Positions 46,643-55,143 are shown, counted from the stretch's first letter. The stretch is DNA of 64,000 nucleotides from Escherichia coli (GCF_045037415.1 NZ_CP173438.1); one strand, 5' to 3'. Numbers and translations are program-made. The notes: generated by a model from the sequence alone, not told the origin.

Positions 46643-46857
46643 CTAAAGTTGGGAGCTTAAGAAATGCTTCATAATTCAGTAAGGCATTAGCATAATGGAA
46701 ATAAAAGTGCAGAGACCATCCCTATGGATGATTAATACTGTCTTTTTATTGCTTCCCATAAATAATCACCAGACCAATACGATCAAATTGATATTTGAAA
46801 TGTGTTCACTTGACTTTTGATACGTTATTTTATAATGGTTAACATATTTATAACAAC

Positions 46858-46880
46858 AACGGGCGTGTTATACGCCCGTT
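46858..46880. terminator. Hairpin downstream of the icd' fragment (original icd terminator)
   Basis: aacgggcgt-gttat-acgcccgtt, a 9-bp stem located 24 nt past the icd' stop codon on the minus strand. Confidence 0.5.
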
Positions 46881-46903
46881 ACCGTTTTTAACACATGCAG
46901 AAA

Positions 46904-47068
46904 TTACATATTCTTGATGATCGCGTCACCAAACTCTGAACATTTCAGCAGTTTAGCGCCTTCCATCAGACGTTCGAAGTCATAGGTTACGGTCTTCGCA
47001 TTGATTGCGCCTTCCATACCTTTAACAATCAGGTCTGCGGCTTCAGTCCAACCCATGTGGCGCAGCAG
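46904..47068 (-). pseudogene. icdC: Isocitrate dehydrogenase 3'-terminal fragment (icdC-type duplicate marking the prophage att site)
   Basis: The minus strand encodes [54 protein letters not shown], the Icd C-terminus, with no upstream icd sequence. Similarity stops abruptly at 47068, where AT-rich phage DNA begins. Confidence 0.9.
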
Positions 47069-47249
47069 TATATAAAAATTATGTATTCAACTCGCTGATA
47101 TTTAATCATAAATATTATTTTCTTGTCTTTGTATTAGCCAAAATCAACTTTATTCAACCGTTTGATTTCATTGACGTTCGTTTTTATTTTGGGGAAAGAT
47201 TTTCTCTACCATTTATATCAAAATTACAAGTCTACATTTTATTAACATC

Positions 47250-47405
47250 TCAATACATGTGTGGCCTTGCAAGCCATTGCGAGGCCTTATGTGTCTCAGT
47301 TTTGTCCCGCCTTGTATTACGACTTGCATAGCCAATGAAGATAAACGTGACGACAAACAAAGCAGCTGTCTTCTTTTCTTTCACACTTTCCCCACTCAGC
47401 AGCAT
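47250..47405 (-). CDS. Hypothetical 51-aa single-TM protein downstream of the 256-aa orphan
   Basis: Hand-translated: MLLSGESVKEKKTAALFVVTFIFIGYASRNTRRDKTETHKASQWLARPHMY*. SD-like agaagg lies 5-9 nt upstream. Same strand as the 256-aa ORF. Below the ORF-track length cut-off. Confidence 0.3.
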   Translation of the reverse strand: MLLSGESVKEKKTAALFVVTFIFIGYASRNTRRDKTETHKASQWLARPHMY

Positions 47406-47527
47406 GCATACCTTCTACTATAACTGTAGTGAATGTCTATTATGAGCGAACTGCGGACATCGTGGAGACAACATGCTGCTGGGTGCGGATATCCCATGGC
47501 ACGTCATATCGCTCGCCGTATTACTTG

Positions 47528-48298
47528 TTATTTTTTTGAAACGAGAAGTTGATACAATTCCTTCAGGGATAAGGCTAATAACTCATTCTTCCTGATGAGA
47601 TCTTTATCAGCGTCTATACCCTCTGCGCATGATTCATTTAAATAGTTCAGTGTTTCCTGATCATCATCCAAGCATTCATAGCTGCCTGAATAAAATTCAT
47701 CGCAACTTGCTTTGTTATTTTTGTCAATGTAACCAATGCATTGAATCACGCCTTTAACAACTTTAGCAGCAGAAAAAACAAAGTAACTGCAGTCATTTAT
47801 ATAGCGTTCAATATCAAAAATCATATAAAAATAGTGCATAGAGTGTTTTTCAATTTCAAACTCACTTGAAATCATAGCTATTTCACATTCAAGGTCTTTC
47901 AGACCATCTAACATTATGGAAAGTTTACATTGTTTTTCTTGCACAGTTTCATACTTAAATGACTCTCTCCCCTTTGCCCTGACATTTATTCTTTCTTCAA
48001 TTGCATAAATATAAGCAGGATATACACGCGACCACACTTGGTTTATTTTTAGGATTAACCGGCCTCTTTTCAGCCTTTCTTTTGTAGCTATAAATTCTGC
48101 ATATAGCGCAGCATCCTCTTCGCACCATACATCAACTTTTCGTTTATAACCCAACTTTAATTCTTTCCCTACGCATTCAGGAAACAAAGGATCAAAGTCC
48201 TTTAAGTATTCAAACTCACTTAGATAGAATCCTGTCTCATAACGATTAAATAATTTCCTAAACTCTTTCCCACTTAAGGTTTTCATTGTATCAATCAC
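47528..48298 (-). CDS. Hypothetical 256-aa protein, no family recognised (prophage cargo next to attR)
   Basis: Long uninterrupted ORF in very AT-rich DNA, where random ORFs of this length are unlikely. Start is GTG at 48298 or ATG at 48286. No recognisable catalytic motifs. Confidence 0.65.
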   Translation of the reverse strand: MIDTMKTLSGKEFRKLFNRYETGFYLSEFEYLKDFDPLFPECVGKELKLGYKRKVDVWCEEDAALYAEFIATKERLKRGRLILKINQVWSRVYPAYIYAIEERINVRAKGRESFKYETVQEKQCKLSIMLDGLKDLECEIAMISSEFEIEKHSMHYFYMIFDIERYINDCSYFVFSAAKVVKGVIQCIGYIDKNNKASCDEFYSGSYECLDDDQETLNYLNESCAEGIDADKDLIRKNELLALSLKELYQLLVSKK

Positions 48299-48889
48299 TC
48301 TGTTTTCATAAAAGCAAAGTCAACAAGATAAAACAATAAAAACTCTTACACAACCAGCTGATGTTTTTAAAATAGAGGATAATATAAGACAAGCATAACC
48401 TCGTTCACTTCAATGCTACTCCTATCGTTCTTTTGCGTCACAGAGCGCCTGCCGGACAACTGCATCATAGACCAAACGGAACTGCTTCCGTCGATTAATC
48501 AGATGGCAGCGCATAAACACGCTCAACAACCCGTTTGACTGCTTCAATTTTAAGCTCTTCGGAATAACGCTTACCGTGTAAGTCTCCCTGCAAAACGAGC
48601 TATCAACTTTTAAGGAGTCTCTGGCCCCCCTGCTTCCGCTCCTGGCACACAGCAGCCCTAGAGACAGTGGAGTAAAGTCATGGAGGCTCGGTGGGGGGAG
48701 GTGCAAATCCTCCCATACAAAAAATACGAAAATCAGTAACGGCTAGAAATCATTCAATACATGCACTCTCGAAATTGCATCAGCCAACCGCAAAACGTTA
48801 TTTCAAAGCCTACTAGCTGCCTTACTTTTTTCCTCAATAACGCGTCGCCAGCAGGAAACAACCTAATCCCTGTTTTGGGCCTCAAAGCT

Positions 48890-48908
48890 GCTAATGATAA
48901 TCATTTTC
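48890..48908 (+). promoter_or_regulatory. Fur box upstream of sitA
   Basis: GCTAATGATAATCATTTTC matches the consensus GATAATGATAATCATTATC at 17 of 19 positions. Confidence 0.8.
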
Positions 48909-48930
48909 ATTTTGTATAGGCTGTGCTATA

Positions 48931-48952
48931 AAACATAGCCGTTGCTATATTT
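48931..48952 (+). promoter_or_regulatory. MntR-type palindrome upstream of sitA
   Basis: AAACATAGC-CGTT-GCTATATTT resembles the mntH MntR box AAACATAGC..GCTATGTTT (recollection). Confidence 0.6.
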
Positions 48953-48984
48953 GTTCTAATTTTGCTCACTATAGGTACTAAATT

Positions 48985-49899
48985 ATGCACTCGATAAAAA
49001 AAGTAACCATGCTCTTGGGGGGGCTCGCACTCACCTGCTCGATCGCATTTCAGGCAAGTGCAACTGAAAAATTCAAGGTCATTACAACATTTACCATCAT
49101 CGCGGATATGGCCAAAAACGTGGCGGGAGATGCTGCAGAAGTCTCATCCATAACCAAGCCTGGTGCAGAAATTCATGAGTATCAGCCTACCCCTGGCGAT
49201 ATTAAACGTGCGCAGGGGGCACAACTGATTCTCGCCAATGGTATGAATCTGGAATTGTGGTTCCAACGCTTTTACCAGCATCTCAATGGGGTTCCAGAAG
49301 TAATTGTCTCTTCGGGTGTGACGCCTGTAGGGATCACCGAAGGACCCTATGAGGGCAAACCTAACCCCCATGCATGGATGTCGCCAGATAATGCTCTGAT
49401 TTACGTCGATAATATTCGTGATGCGTTGATAAAATACGATCCGGCAAATGCACAAACCTACCAACGCAATGCCGATACTTATAAAGCCAAGATTACCCAA
49501 ACCCTTGCCCCCCTGCGTAAGCAGATTACGGAACTCCCTGAGAATCAGCGATGGATGGTCACCAGTGAAGGGGCTTTTTCTTATCTCGCACGCGATTTGG
49601 GGCTAAAAGAGCTTTATCTGTGGCCGATTAATGCCGATCAACAAGGAACACCGCAGCAGGTACGTAAGGTTGTTGATATAGTTAAGAAAAATCATATCCC
49701 GGCAGTCTTTAGCGAGAGTACGATTTCCGATAAACCAGCGCGTCAGGTTGCGCGTGAAACCGGCGCACACTACGGCGGTGTGCTCTATGTCGATTCCCTG
49801 AGCACAGAAAACGGCCCGGTACCGACGTATATCGACCTTCTTAAGGTTACTACCAGTACGCTGGTACAGGGAATTAAAGCTGGGAAAAGGGAGAAATAA
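48985..49899 (+). CDS. sitA: Mn2+/Fe2+ ABC transporter periplasmic binding protein SitA
   Basis: 304 aa with a signal peptide. Cluster-9 (PsaA/YfeA-like) sequence with EIHEYQPTP and PHAWMSP. Confidence 0.92.
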   Translation: MHSIKKVTMLLGGLALTCSIAFQASATEKFKVITTFTIIADMAKNVAGDAAEVSSITKPGAEIHEYQPTPGDIKRAQGAQLILANGMNLELWFQRFYQHLNGVPEVIVSSGVTPVGITEGPYEGKPNPHAWMSPDNALIYVDNIRDALIKYDPANAQTYQRNADTYKAKITQTLAPLRKQITELPENQRWMVTSEGAFSYLARDLGLKELYLWPINADQQGTPQQVRKVVDIVKKNHIPAVFSESTISDKPARQVARETGAHYGGVLYVDSLSTENGPVPTYIDLLKVTTSTLVQGIKAGKREK

Positions 49900-50726
49900 T
49901 GATGCAATCTGCAGGCATTGTCGTTAATGATGTTACTGTCACCTGGCGTAACGGGCACACAGCACTGCGCGATGCATCCTTCACAGTACCAAGTGGATCT
50001 ATTGCCGCTCTGGTTGGGGTAAACGGTTCCGGAAAATCGACGTTGTTTAAAGCGATTATGGGATTTGTGCGTCTGACCAGCGGAAAGATATCTGTTCTGG
50101 GTATTCCCACGCGACAGGCGTTACAGAAAAACCTGGTTGCCTACGTCCCTCAGTCAGAAGATGTTGACTGGTCATTTCCTGTACTGGTGGAAGATGTGGT
50201 GATGATGGGCCGCTATGGGCATATGGGTATGTTGCGTATCGCCAAAAAGAGGGATCGTCAAATTGTCACCGATGCGCTGGAACGTGTCGATATGGTGAAT
50301 TTTCGCCATCGACAAATCGGCGAGCTTTCCGGTGGACAAAAGAAACGCGTCTTTCTGGCGAGAGCGATTGCACAGCAGGGTGATGTGATCCTGCTGGATG
50401 AACCTTTTACTGGCGTTGATGTGAAAACCGAAGCCAAAATCATCAGCCTGTTGAGGGAGTTACGCGCGGAAGGCAAAACGATGCTTGTCTCAACACACAA
50501 TCTCGGATCCGTCACGACATTTTGCGATTATACGGTCATGGTCAAAGGCACCGTCCTGGCAAGCGGGCCGACAGACACCACTTTTACAGCCGAGAACCTA
50601 GAGCTGGCTTTTAGCGGCGTACTGCGCCATGTCACACTTAACGGCTCGGAAGAAAGCATTATTACTGACGATGAACGCCCTTTTGTGGCTCATCGACCGT
50701 CAGCGGTGCAGAGGGAAGAAAGATGA
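49899..50726 (+). CDS. sitB: Mn2+/Fe2+ ABC transporter ATPase SitB
   Basis: Walker [10 protein letters not shown], signature LSGGQKKR, Walker B ILLDEP. The start overlaps the sitA stop. Confidence 0.92.
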   Translation: MMQSAGIVVNDVTVTWRNGHTALRDASFTVPSGSIAALVGVNGSGKSTLFKAIMGFVRLTSGKISVLGIPTRQALQKNLVAYVPQSEDVDWSFPVLVEDVVMMGRYGHMGMLRIAKKRDRQIVTDALERVDMVNFRHRQIGELSGGQKKRVFLARAIAQQGDVILLDEPFTGVDVKTEAKIISLLRELRAEGKTMLVSTHNLGSVTTFCDYTVMVKGTVLASGPTDTTFTAENLELAFSGVLRHVTLNGSEESIITDDERPFVAHRPSAVQREER

Positions 50727-51580
50727 ACGTGCTACTGGAACCCTTCAGCTATGAATATATGCTCAATGCGATGTGGGTCTCGGCGATGGTCGGCGGTCTC
50801 TGCGCTTTCCTGTCATGCTATCTGATGCTAAAAGGCTGGTCGCTGATTGGCGATGCGTTGTCGCACTCTATTGTCCCGGGTGTTGCGGGGGCATATATGC
50901 TGGGGCTTCCGTTTTCTCTGGGAGCCTTCTTTTCCGGCGGACTGGCTGCGGGCAGCATGCTGTTTCTTAACCAACGCACCCGCTTAAAAGAAGATGCCAT
51001 CATCGGTCTGATCTTCTCGTCCTTTTTTGGCCTGGGGCTGTTTATGGTGTCATTGAACCCGACATCTGTGAACATTCAGACCATCGTCCTGGGCAATATT
51101 CTGGCAATCGATCCGGCGGATATCCTGCAACTCACTATCATTGGCATTCTCTCGATCATCGTGCTTTTTTTCAAATGGAAAGATCTTATGGTGACCTTTT
51201 TCGACGAGAATCACGCCCGTGCTATTGGATTGCATCCGGGCAGATTAAAACTCCTCTTCTTCACCCTGCTGTCGGTTTCGACCGTTGCGGCGCTGCAAAC
51301 GGTTGGTGCCTTTCTGGTGATCTGTCTGGTGGTGACTCCCGGTGCAACAGCATGGTTGTTAACCGATCGTTTTCCCCGCCTGCTCATGATTGCTGTAACT
51401 ATTGGCAGTGTAACCAGTTTCCTCGGCGCGTGGGTCAGTTACTTTCTGGACGGCGCGACAGGTGGAATCATCGTGGTGGCGCAGACACTGCTGTTTCTTT
51501 TAGCATTTGTCTTTGCGCCCACCCATGGGCTTTTGGCAAATCGTCGGCGTGCGCATAAGGCGCTGGAGGATCGCTCATGA
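50723..51580 (+). CDS. sitC: Mn2+/Fe2+ ABC transporter permease SitC
   Basis: 285-aa polytopic ABC-3 family permease. Overlapping start/stop (ATGA). Confidence 0.92.
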   Translation: MNVLLEPFSYEYMLNAMWVSAMVGGLCAFLSCYLMLKGWSLIGDALSHSIVPGVAGAYMLGLPFSLGAFFSGGLAAGSMLFLNQRTRLKEDAIIGLIFSSFFGLGLFMVSLNPTSVNIQTIVLGNILAIDPADILQLTIIGILSIIVLFFKWKDLMVTFFDENHARAIGLHPGRLKLLFFTLLSVSTVAALQTVGAFLVICLVVTPGATAWLLTDRFPRLLMIAVTIGSVTSFLGAWVSYFLDGATGGIIVVAQTLLFLLAFVFAPTHGLLANRRRAHKALEDRS

Positions 51581-52434
51581 TGGCATTATTACTGGAGCCA
51601 CTGCAGTTCACCTTTATGAGTCACGCACTGCTGATTTCACTGGTAGTTTCCATACCCTGTGCGCTGCTGTCGGTCTTTCTGGTCCTGAAAGGTTGGGCAC
51701 TGATGGGTGACGCGATGAGTCATGCGGTTTTTCCTGGCATCGTGCTTGCCTGGATTCTGGGGTTACCTTTGGCTACAGGGGCATTCGTCGCCGGAGTATT
51801 CTGTGCGGTGGCGACGGGATACCTGAAAGACAACAGCCGAATCAAGCAAGATACAGTGATGGGGATTGTTTTTTCTGGCATGTTTGCCGCAGGTCTGATC
51901 TTGTATATTGCAGTCAAACCAGACGTACATCTTGACCATATTCTTTTCGGCGACATGCTCGGGATAACCATCGGCGATATAATCCAGACGATGATTATTG
52001 CCGGGCTGGTTACACTTGTTATTAGCGTAAAATGGCGGGATTTTTTGCTGTTCAGCTTTGATTATCAACAGGCGCAGGTAAGCGGTTTGCATACGAGATG
52101 GCTGCATTATGGGCTGCTGTGCATGGTCTCTCTGACCATTGTGGCGACGCTGAAAGCGGTAGGTATCATTCTCTCCATTTCTCTGCTCATTGCGCCTGGC
52201 GCCATTGCGGTACTCCTGACACAACGCTTTCATATTGCGCTCCTACTGGCGACTGGCATATCGGTAATAGTGTCAATGACTGGTGTCTGGTTGTCCTTTT
52301 TTATCGACAGCGCACCAGCTCCGACGATTGTCGTCTTATTCGCGGTTTTGTTCATCATGACGTTTGCCGTTACCAGCATCAACGCACGCAAAAAGGGAAA
52401 CTCCCATACACAGGATCTGTTATCACCCAATTAG
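51577..52434 (+). CDS. sitD: Mn2+/Fe2+ ABC transporter permease SitD
   Basis: 285-aa paralogue of SitC. Overlapping start/stop. Confidence 0.92.
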   Translation: MMALLLEPLQFTFMSHALLISLVVSIPCALLSVFLVLKGWALMGDAMSHAVFPGIVLAWILGLPLATGAFVAGVFCAVATGYLKDNSRIKQDTVMGIVFSGMFAAGLILYIAVKPDVHLDHILFGDMLGITIGDIIQTMIIAGLVTLVISVKWRDFLLFSFDYQQAQVSGLHTRWLHYGLLCMVSLTIVATLKAVGIILSISLLIAPGAIAVLLTQRFHIALLLATGISVIVSMTGVWLSFFIDSAPAPTIVVLFAVLFIMTFAVTSINARKKGNSHTQDLLSPN

Positions 52435-52525
52435 CACAACATCCGAGGACAGCAACACCCGATACTTTTTCCTGGCTTCCAGCAACGGGGTTTCTTCCTC
52501 CGTTGCATATACAGCTCACCTTTTT

Positions 52526-52819
52526 TCACCCACGATTAACCAACAGCCAGACCAGCAGACACGCCACCACCGGCACAGCAAAATCCATCAGGCTTGCCAC
52601 ATCCCAAGCTCGCGGATCAAAACCGCCCCACCACGGCATATTCATTCGCTTGCCATGCCCGAACATTTCAATCCAGCGATATTCTGCCTGGGTATGTTCA
52701 CGCGCAATGAAGAACGTACAACCGGCTATCGCTCCGTAAGCCCAGTTTCCGGTAAAAAGACCAACCAGTATCTGCGCAGCCACAGCACAAAGTGCATGAA
52801 GTAAGGGGCTTATATCCAT
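52526..52819 (-). CDS. Hypothetical 97-aa membrane protein (about 3 TM segments), prophage cargo
   Basis: Perfect SD AAGGAGG 5 nt upstream of the ATG. Hydrophobic segments LLHALCAVAAQILVGLF, AYGAIAGCTFFIA and FAVPVVACLLVWLLV. Confidence 0.7.
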   Translation of the reverse strand: MDISPLLHALCAVAAQILVGLFTGNWAYGAIAGCTFFIAREHTQAEYRWIEMFGHGKRMNMPWWGGFDPRAWDVASLMDFAVPVVACLLVWLLVNRG

Positions 52820-52831
52820 TATTTCCTCCTT

Positions 52832-53110
52832 TCAGCTCCATTCCCGAAGCGGTGTTTCCAGCTCCACGACATAATCAGAGAATACAGAAACATCAAACAA
52901 GTCATCAAGAATGCGAATGTTGACAAAATAACCGTCATTCCGGACACAGACAGGTTCTCCCTCTTCTGTTACCCCTGTTTCTGTGTAGGTGAAACCAATT
53001 TCATCGACTAACAGTTTATTCTGGAGGTCTTCATCCTCCTCCCAGTCAAGAGATGACAGGAAGGATTTAAACTCTCTGTTACCAGGAAATTTCAAAGTTA
53101 AATCTTTCAT
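52832..53110 (-). CDS. Hypothetical 92-aa strongly acidic protein, translationally coupled to the tail-fibre gene
   Basis: The ATG overlaps the fibre stop (ATGA). SD AAGGAGG lies upstream. By hand count there are 22 Asp/Glu against 8 Lys/Arg. Confidence 0.7.
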   Translation of the reverse strand: MKDLTLKFPGNREFKSFLSSLDWEEDEDLQNKLLVDEIGFTYTETGVTEEGEPVCVRNDGYFVNIRILDDLFDVSVFSDYVVELETPLREWS

Positions 53111-55128
53111 ACTGCCTCCTTGATTTGCCTGTCATTTAATTCTTTAAACCAGACTCTGAAATTTCTGATGTGTCCAAACAAATGACGCGTTCCTGCTGCG
53201 GTCTGCCCACCAAACCGGTACGATGTTGCTGTAACTCCAAATATTTTACCATTAAGGTTTGTTGTATAATTACCATTGCATATTGCATTTACTGATAAAT
53301 CAGATTTAGCTCTCACACCCACAATGAACCTTTCTCCATCTGAGGCAATTTGTGGCTGAACCATTCCTACGTTGGCGCTTATCTTTCCTGTTGCAACAAA
53401 CCCCAGCGATAAATAATTATCATCAATACTGTGCCCTCCAACATCAAATATCCTTGGCGCAACATTGGGCGGTGTACTCCAGTTCCTGCTTACTTCGCAC
53501 AATACCGTAAAAGGCCGTGTTGACAGGTTATTCTGCGATGGGATAGTAACTACATCACTTGCGCGTGTTGTTGGCATTGTAGTTACAATAAATGACGATG
53601 CCGTATTGCCCAGTTCAATTTGCGGCGTCGTCATGGTTAATGTTGAGTCATCATAGAATGTCTCATTACTTATTTTATTTGTCATATAAAAAGCACAGTT
53701 AACGGTATCAATGTCCGTATTAGCTGTATAAGTGGCCTCATAGTAGGTCCACTCGCCCTGTTGTTCAGCTTTGGCTGTTATAAGGGATGTATTACCGCTT
53801 ACTGTTGCGATCCGGGTATCCAGATCAAGATAAGAGTCAGCAGAGAAGGTATCTGTTCCACCAATAATAACTGAAACTCTTAACCTGCATCGTGCTTTAG
53901 CGCCTTTAACCCGGCACGAAAAAGTGAAACATTCACCACTTGCCAGCGGGAATCTGTCTGCTGCAACCACACCATGCACAGTATAGCCACCTGTTGTTCC
54001 CACTATACTTTCCGTGGGTGTCACCGTGGCATAATTGAACCCCTGTTTATCAGTGCCAAATGTTTTATTCAGTGCGGAATGAACAGTCCATGAGTCTGGT
54101 TTATTTGAGTTCCTCAGATAATTTGTCCTCTGTCCTTCAATCAATAAGCCATCGCGCTCAAATCGCGGTTCGTCAACTTCAGCAAGCTTGAGTTGGCCGG
54201 ACTTATTAATATACGTTGCTGTTGAAGCACGTTTAAACTTAACAATCTTGTCGCCTGGCATTGTTATTTCATCGTCACCAATAACTATCTTTTTATAAGA
54301 TGGCGAAAAACCCGTAATCATATCCAGTGAATCGTTAAACGGTATCCACACATCAGGCAGCGGCGGCACTATATTCGCACAGGGCTCTGCAGTCACTTCC
54401 GCTGCGGCTTCTGCGCGGTCTGCCGCCTTTTCAGCTCGTGTCGCTGCCGACAGAGCCTCATCCTTTTTCTGCCCGGCCTTTGTTGCGTCTGCTGCGGCCT
54501 CCCGCGCTTTTGTGGTGGCGACTCCGGCATTTTCAGCGGCTGACTCTGCATTACGGCGGGAAGCCTCTTCACTGTCTGCGGAGGCTTCTTCTGACGCACG
54601 GGCATTTGTCTCTGAACGTTCTGCCGCTGTTGCTGCGTTTTGTGCGGCTGTTTTTGAAGAAGCTGCCGCTTTCGCGCTGTTACCTGCATTCGTCTCTGAT
54701 GTTTTCGCCGCGTTCCTGGACGATGCCGCTGCTGTTTCTGATTTCTTTGCTGCCGCTGCGCTCTGAGAGGCGGCTTCAGCGTTGCGTGCCGCCTCTTCCA
54801 CCATCTTTTCAAAACGATACAGTGCCTCCGGACAAACATCATCTTCTGTTGCAGCGCCCAGAAAATCATTCAATGTCCCCGGCTTAGAATCCTCATACAC
54901 GGTGATGGTCCCGGCATGTGAAGGCGGAAAACCTTCAACCAGCAGGGCGACGCTGTACTGGCCATACTCAACATCCATGCTGTAACGTCCGGCTTCATCC
55001 GGATTTTCTGAGGCCACCGTGTTCACCACAACTGTGGTGCTGTTACGTTTTGCTTTGAGCTGAATGGTGCAGTTCTGTATCGGTTTTCCTGCACCGTCTT
55101 TCAGCACACCTGAAATCTGTACTGCCAT
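53107..55128 (-). CDS. stf: Side tail fibre protein, chimeric (lambda Stf N-terminus plus Ala-rich repeats plus unrelated C-terminal receptor-binding half)
   Basis: MAVQISGVLKDGAGKPIQNCTIQLKAKRNSTTVVVNTV...GFPPSHAGTITVYEDS is nearly identical to the lambda Stf N-terminus (recollection). This is followed by Ala/Ser/Glu-rich repeats. From about residue 260 onward the protein is a different beta-rich C-terminal region. Confidence 0.85.
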   Translation of the reverse strand: MAVQISGVLKDGAGKPIQNCTIQLKAKRNSTTVVVNTVASENPDEAGRYSMDVEYGQYSVALLVEGFPPSHAGTITVYEDSKPGTLNDFLGAATEDDVCPEALYRFEKMVEEAARNAEAASQSAAAAKKSETAAASSRNAAKTSETNAGNSAKAAASSKTAAQNAATAAERSETNARASEEASADSEEASRRNAESAAENAGVATTKAREAAADATKAGQKKDEALSAATRAEKAADRAEAAAEVTAEPCANIVPPLPDVWIPFNDSLDMITGFSPSYKKIVIGDDEITMPGDKIVKFKRASTATYINKSGQLKLAEVDEPRFERDGLLIEGQRTNYLRNSNKPDSWTVHSALNKTFGTDKQGFNYATVTPTESIVGTTGGYTVHGVVAADRFPLASGECFTFSCRVKGAKARCRLRVSVIIGGTDTFSADSYLDLDTRIATVSGNTSLITAKAEQQGEWTYYEATYTANTDIDTVNCAFYMTNKISNETFYDDSTLTMTTPQIELGNTASSFIVTTMPTTRASDVVTIPSQNNLSTRPFTVLCEVSRNWSTPPNVAPRIFDVGGHSIDDNYLSLGFVATGKISANVGMVQPQIASDGERFIVGVRAKSDLSVNAICNGNYTTNLNGKIFGVTATSYRFGGQTAAGTRHLFGHIRNFRVWFKELNDRQIKEAV

Positions 55129-55143
55129 ATTCACTCCACAAAT

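Noticed and set aside
46643-46857. AT-rich gap between ycgX and the icd' terminator. I inspected it for an iraM remnant or a small gene, and a 27-aa frame MGSNKKTVLIIHRDGLCTFISIMLMPY is present.
   Set aside because: The frame is too short and has no resemblance to IraM as I recall it. I treat the region as intergenic. The absence of iraM is mentioned only as a recollection-based note.
48696-48714. A hairpin gggagg-tgcaaat-cctccc resembling a tRNA T-arm. I considered it as a tRNA or tRNA-fragment att site.
   Set aside because: No acceptor stem, D-arm or anticodon arm can be built from the flanking sequence, and the loop deviates from TTCRANY. It is more likely a random or terminator-like hairpin in a scar region.
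52098-52804. + strand ORFs of 213 and 146 aa running from within sitD across the sitD stop into the 97-aa gene region.
   Set aside because: They are alternative frames of sitD and antisense to the well-supported 97-aa gene, which has a perfect RBS. The products are Pro/His/Thr-rich and non-protein-like.
54393-54887. Overlapping 149-158-aa ORFs in both strands within the fibre gene, rich in Arg/Gln/Pro or Leu.
   Set aside because: They arise from the Ala-rich (GCN-repeat) segment of the Stf-like protein, which is open in several frames. No independent support exists.
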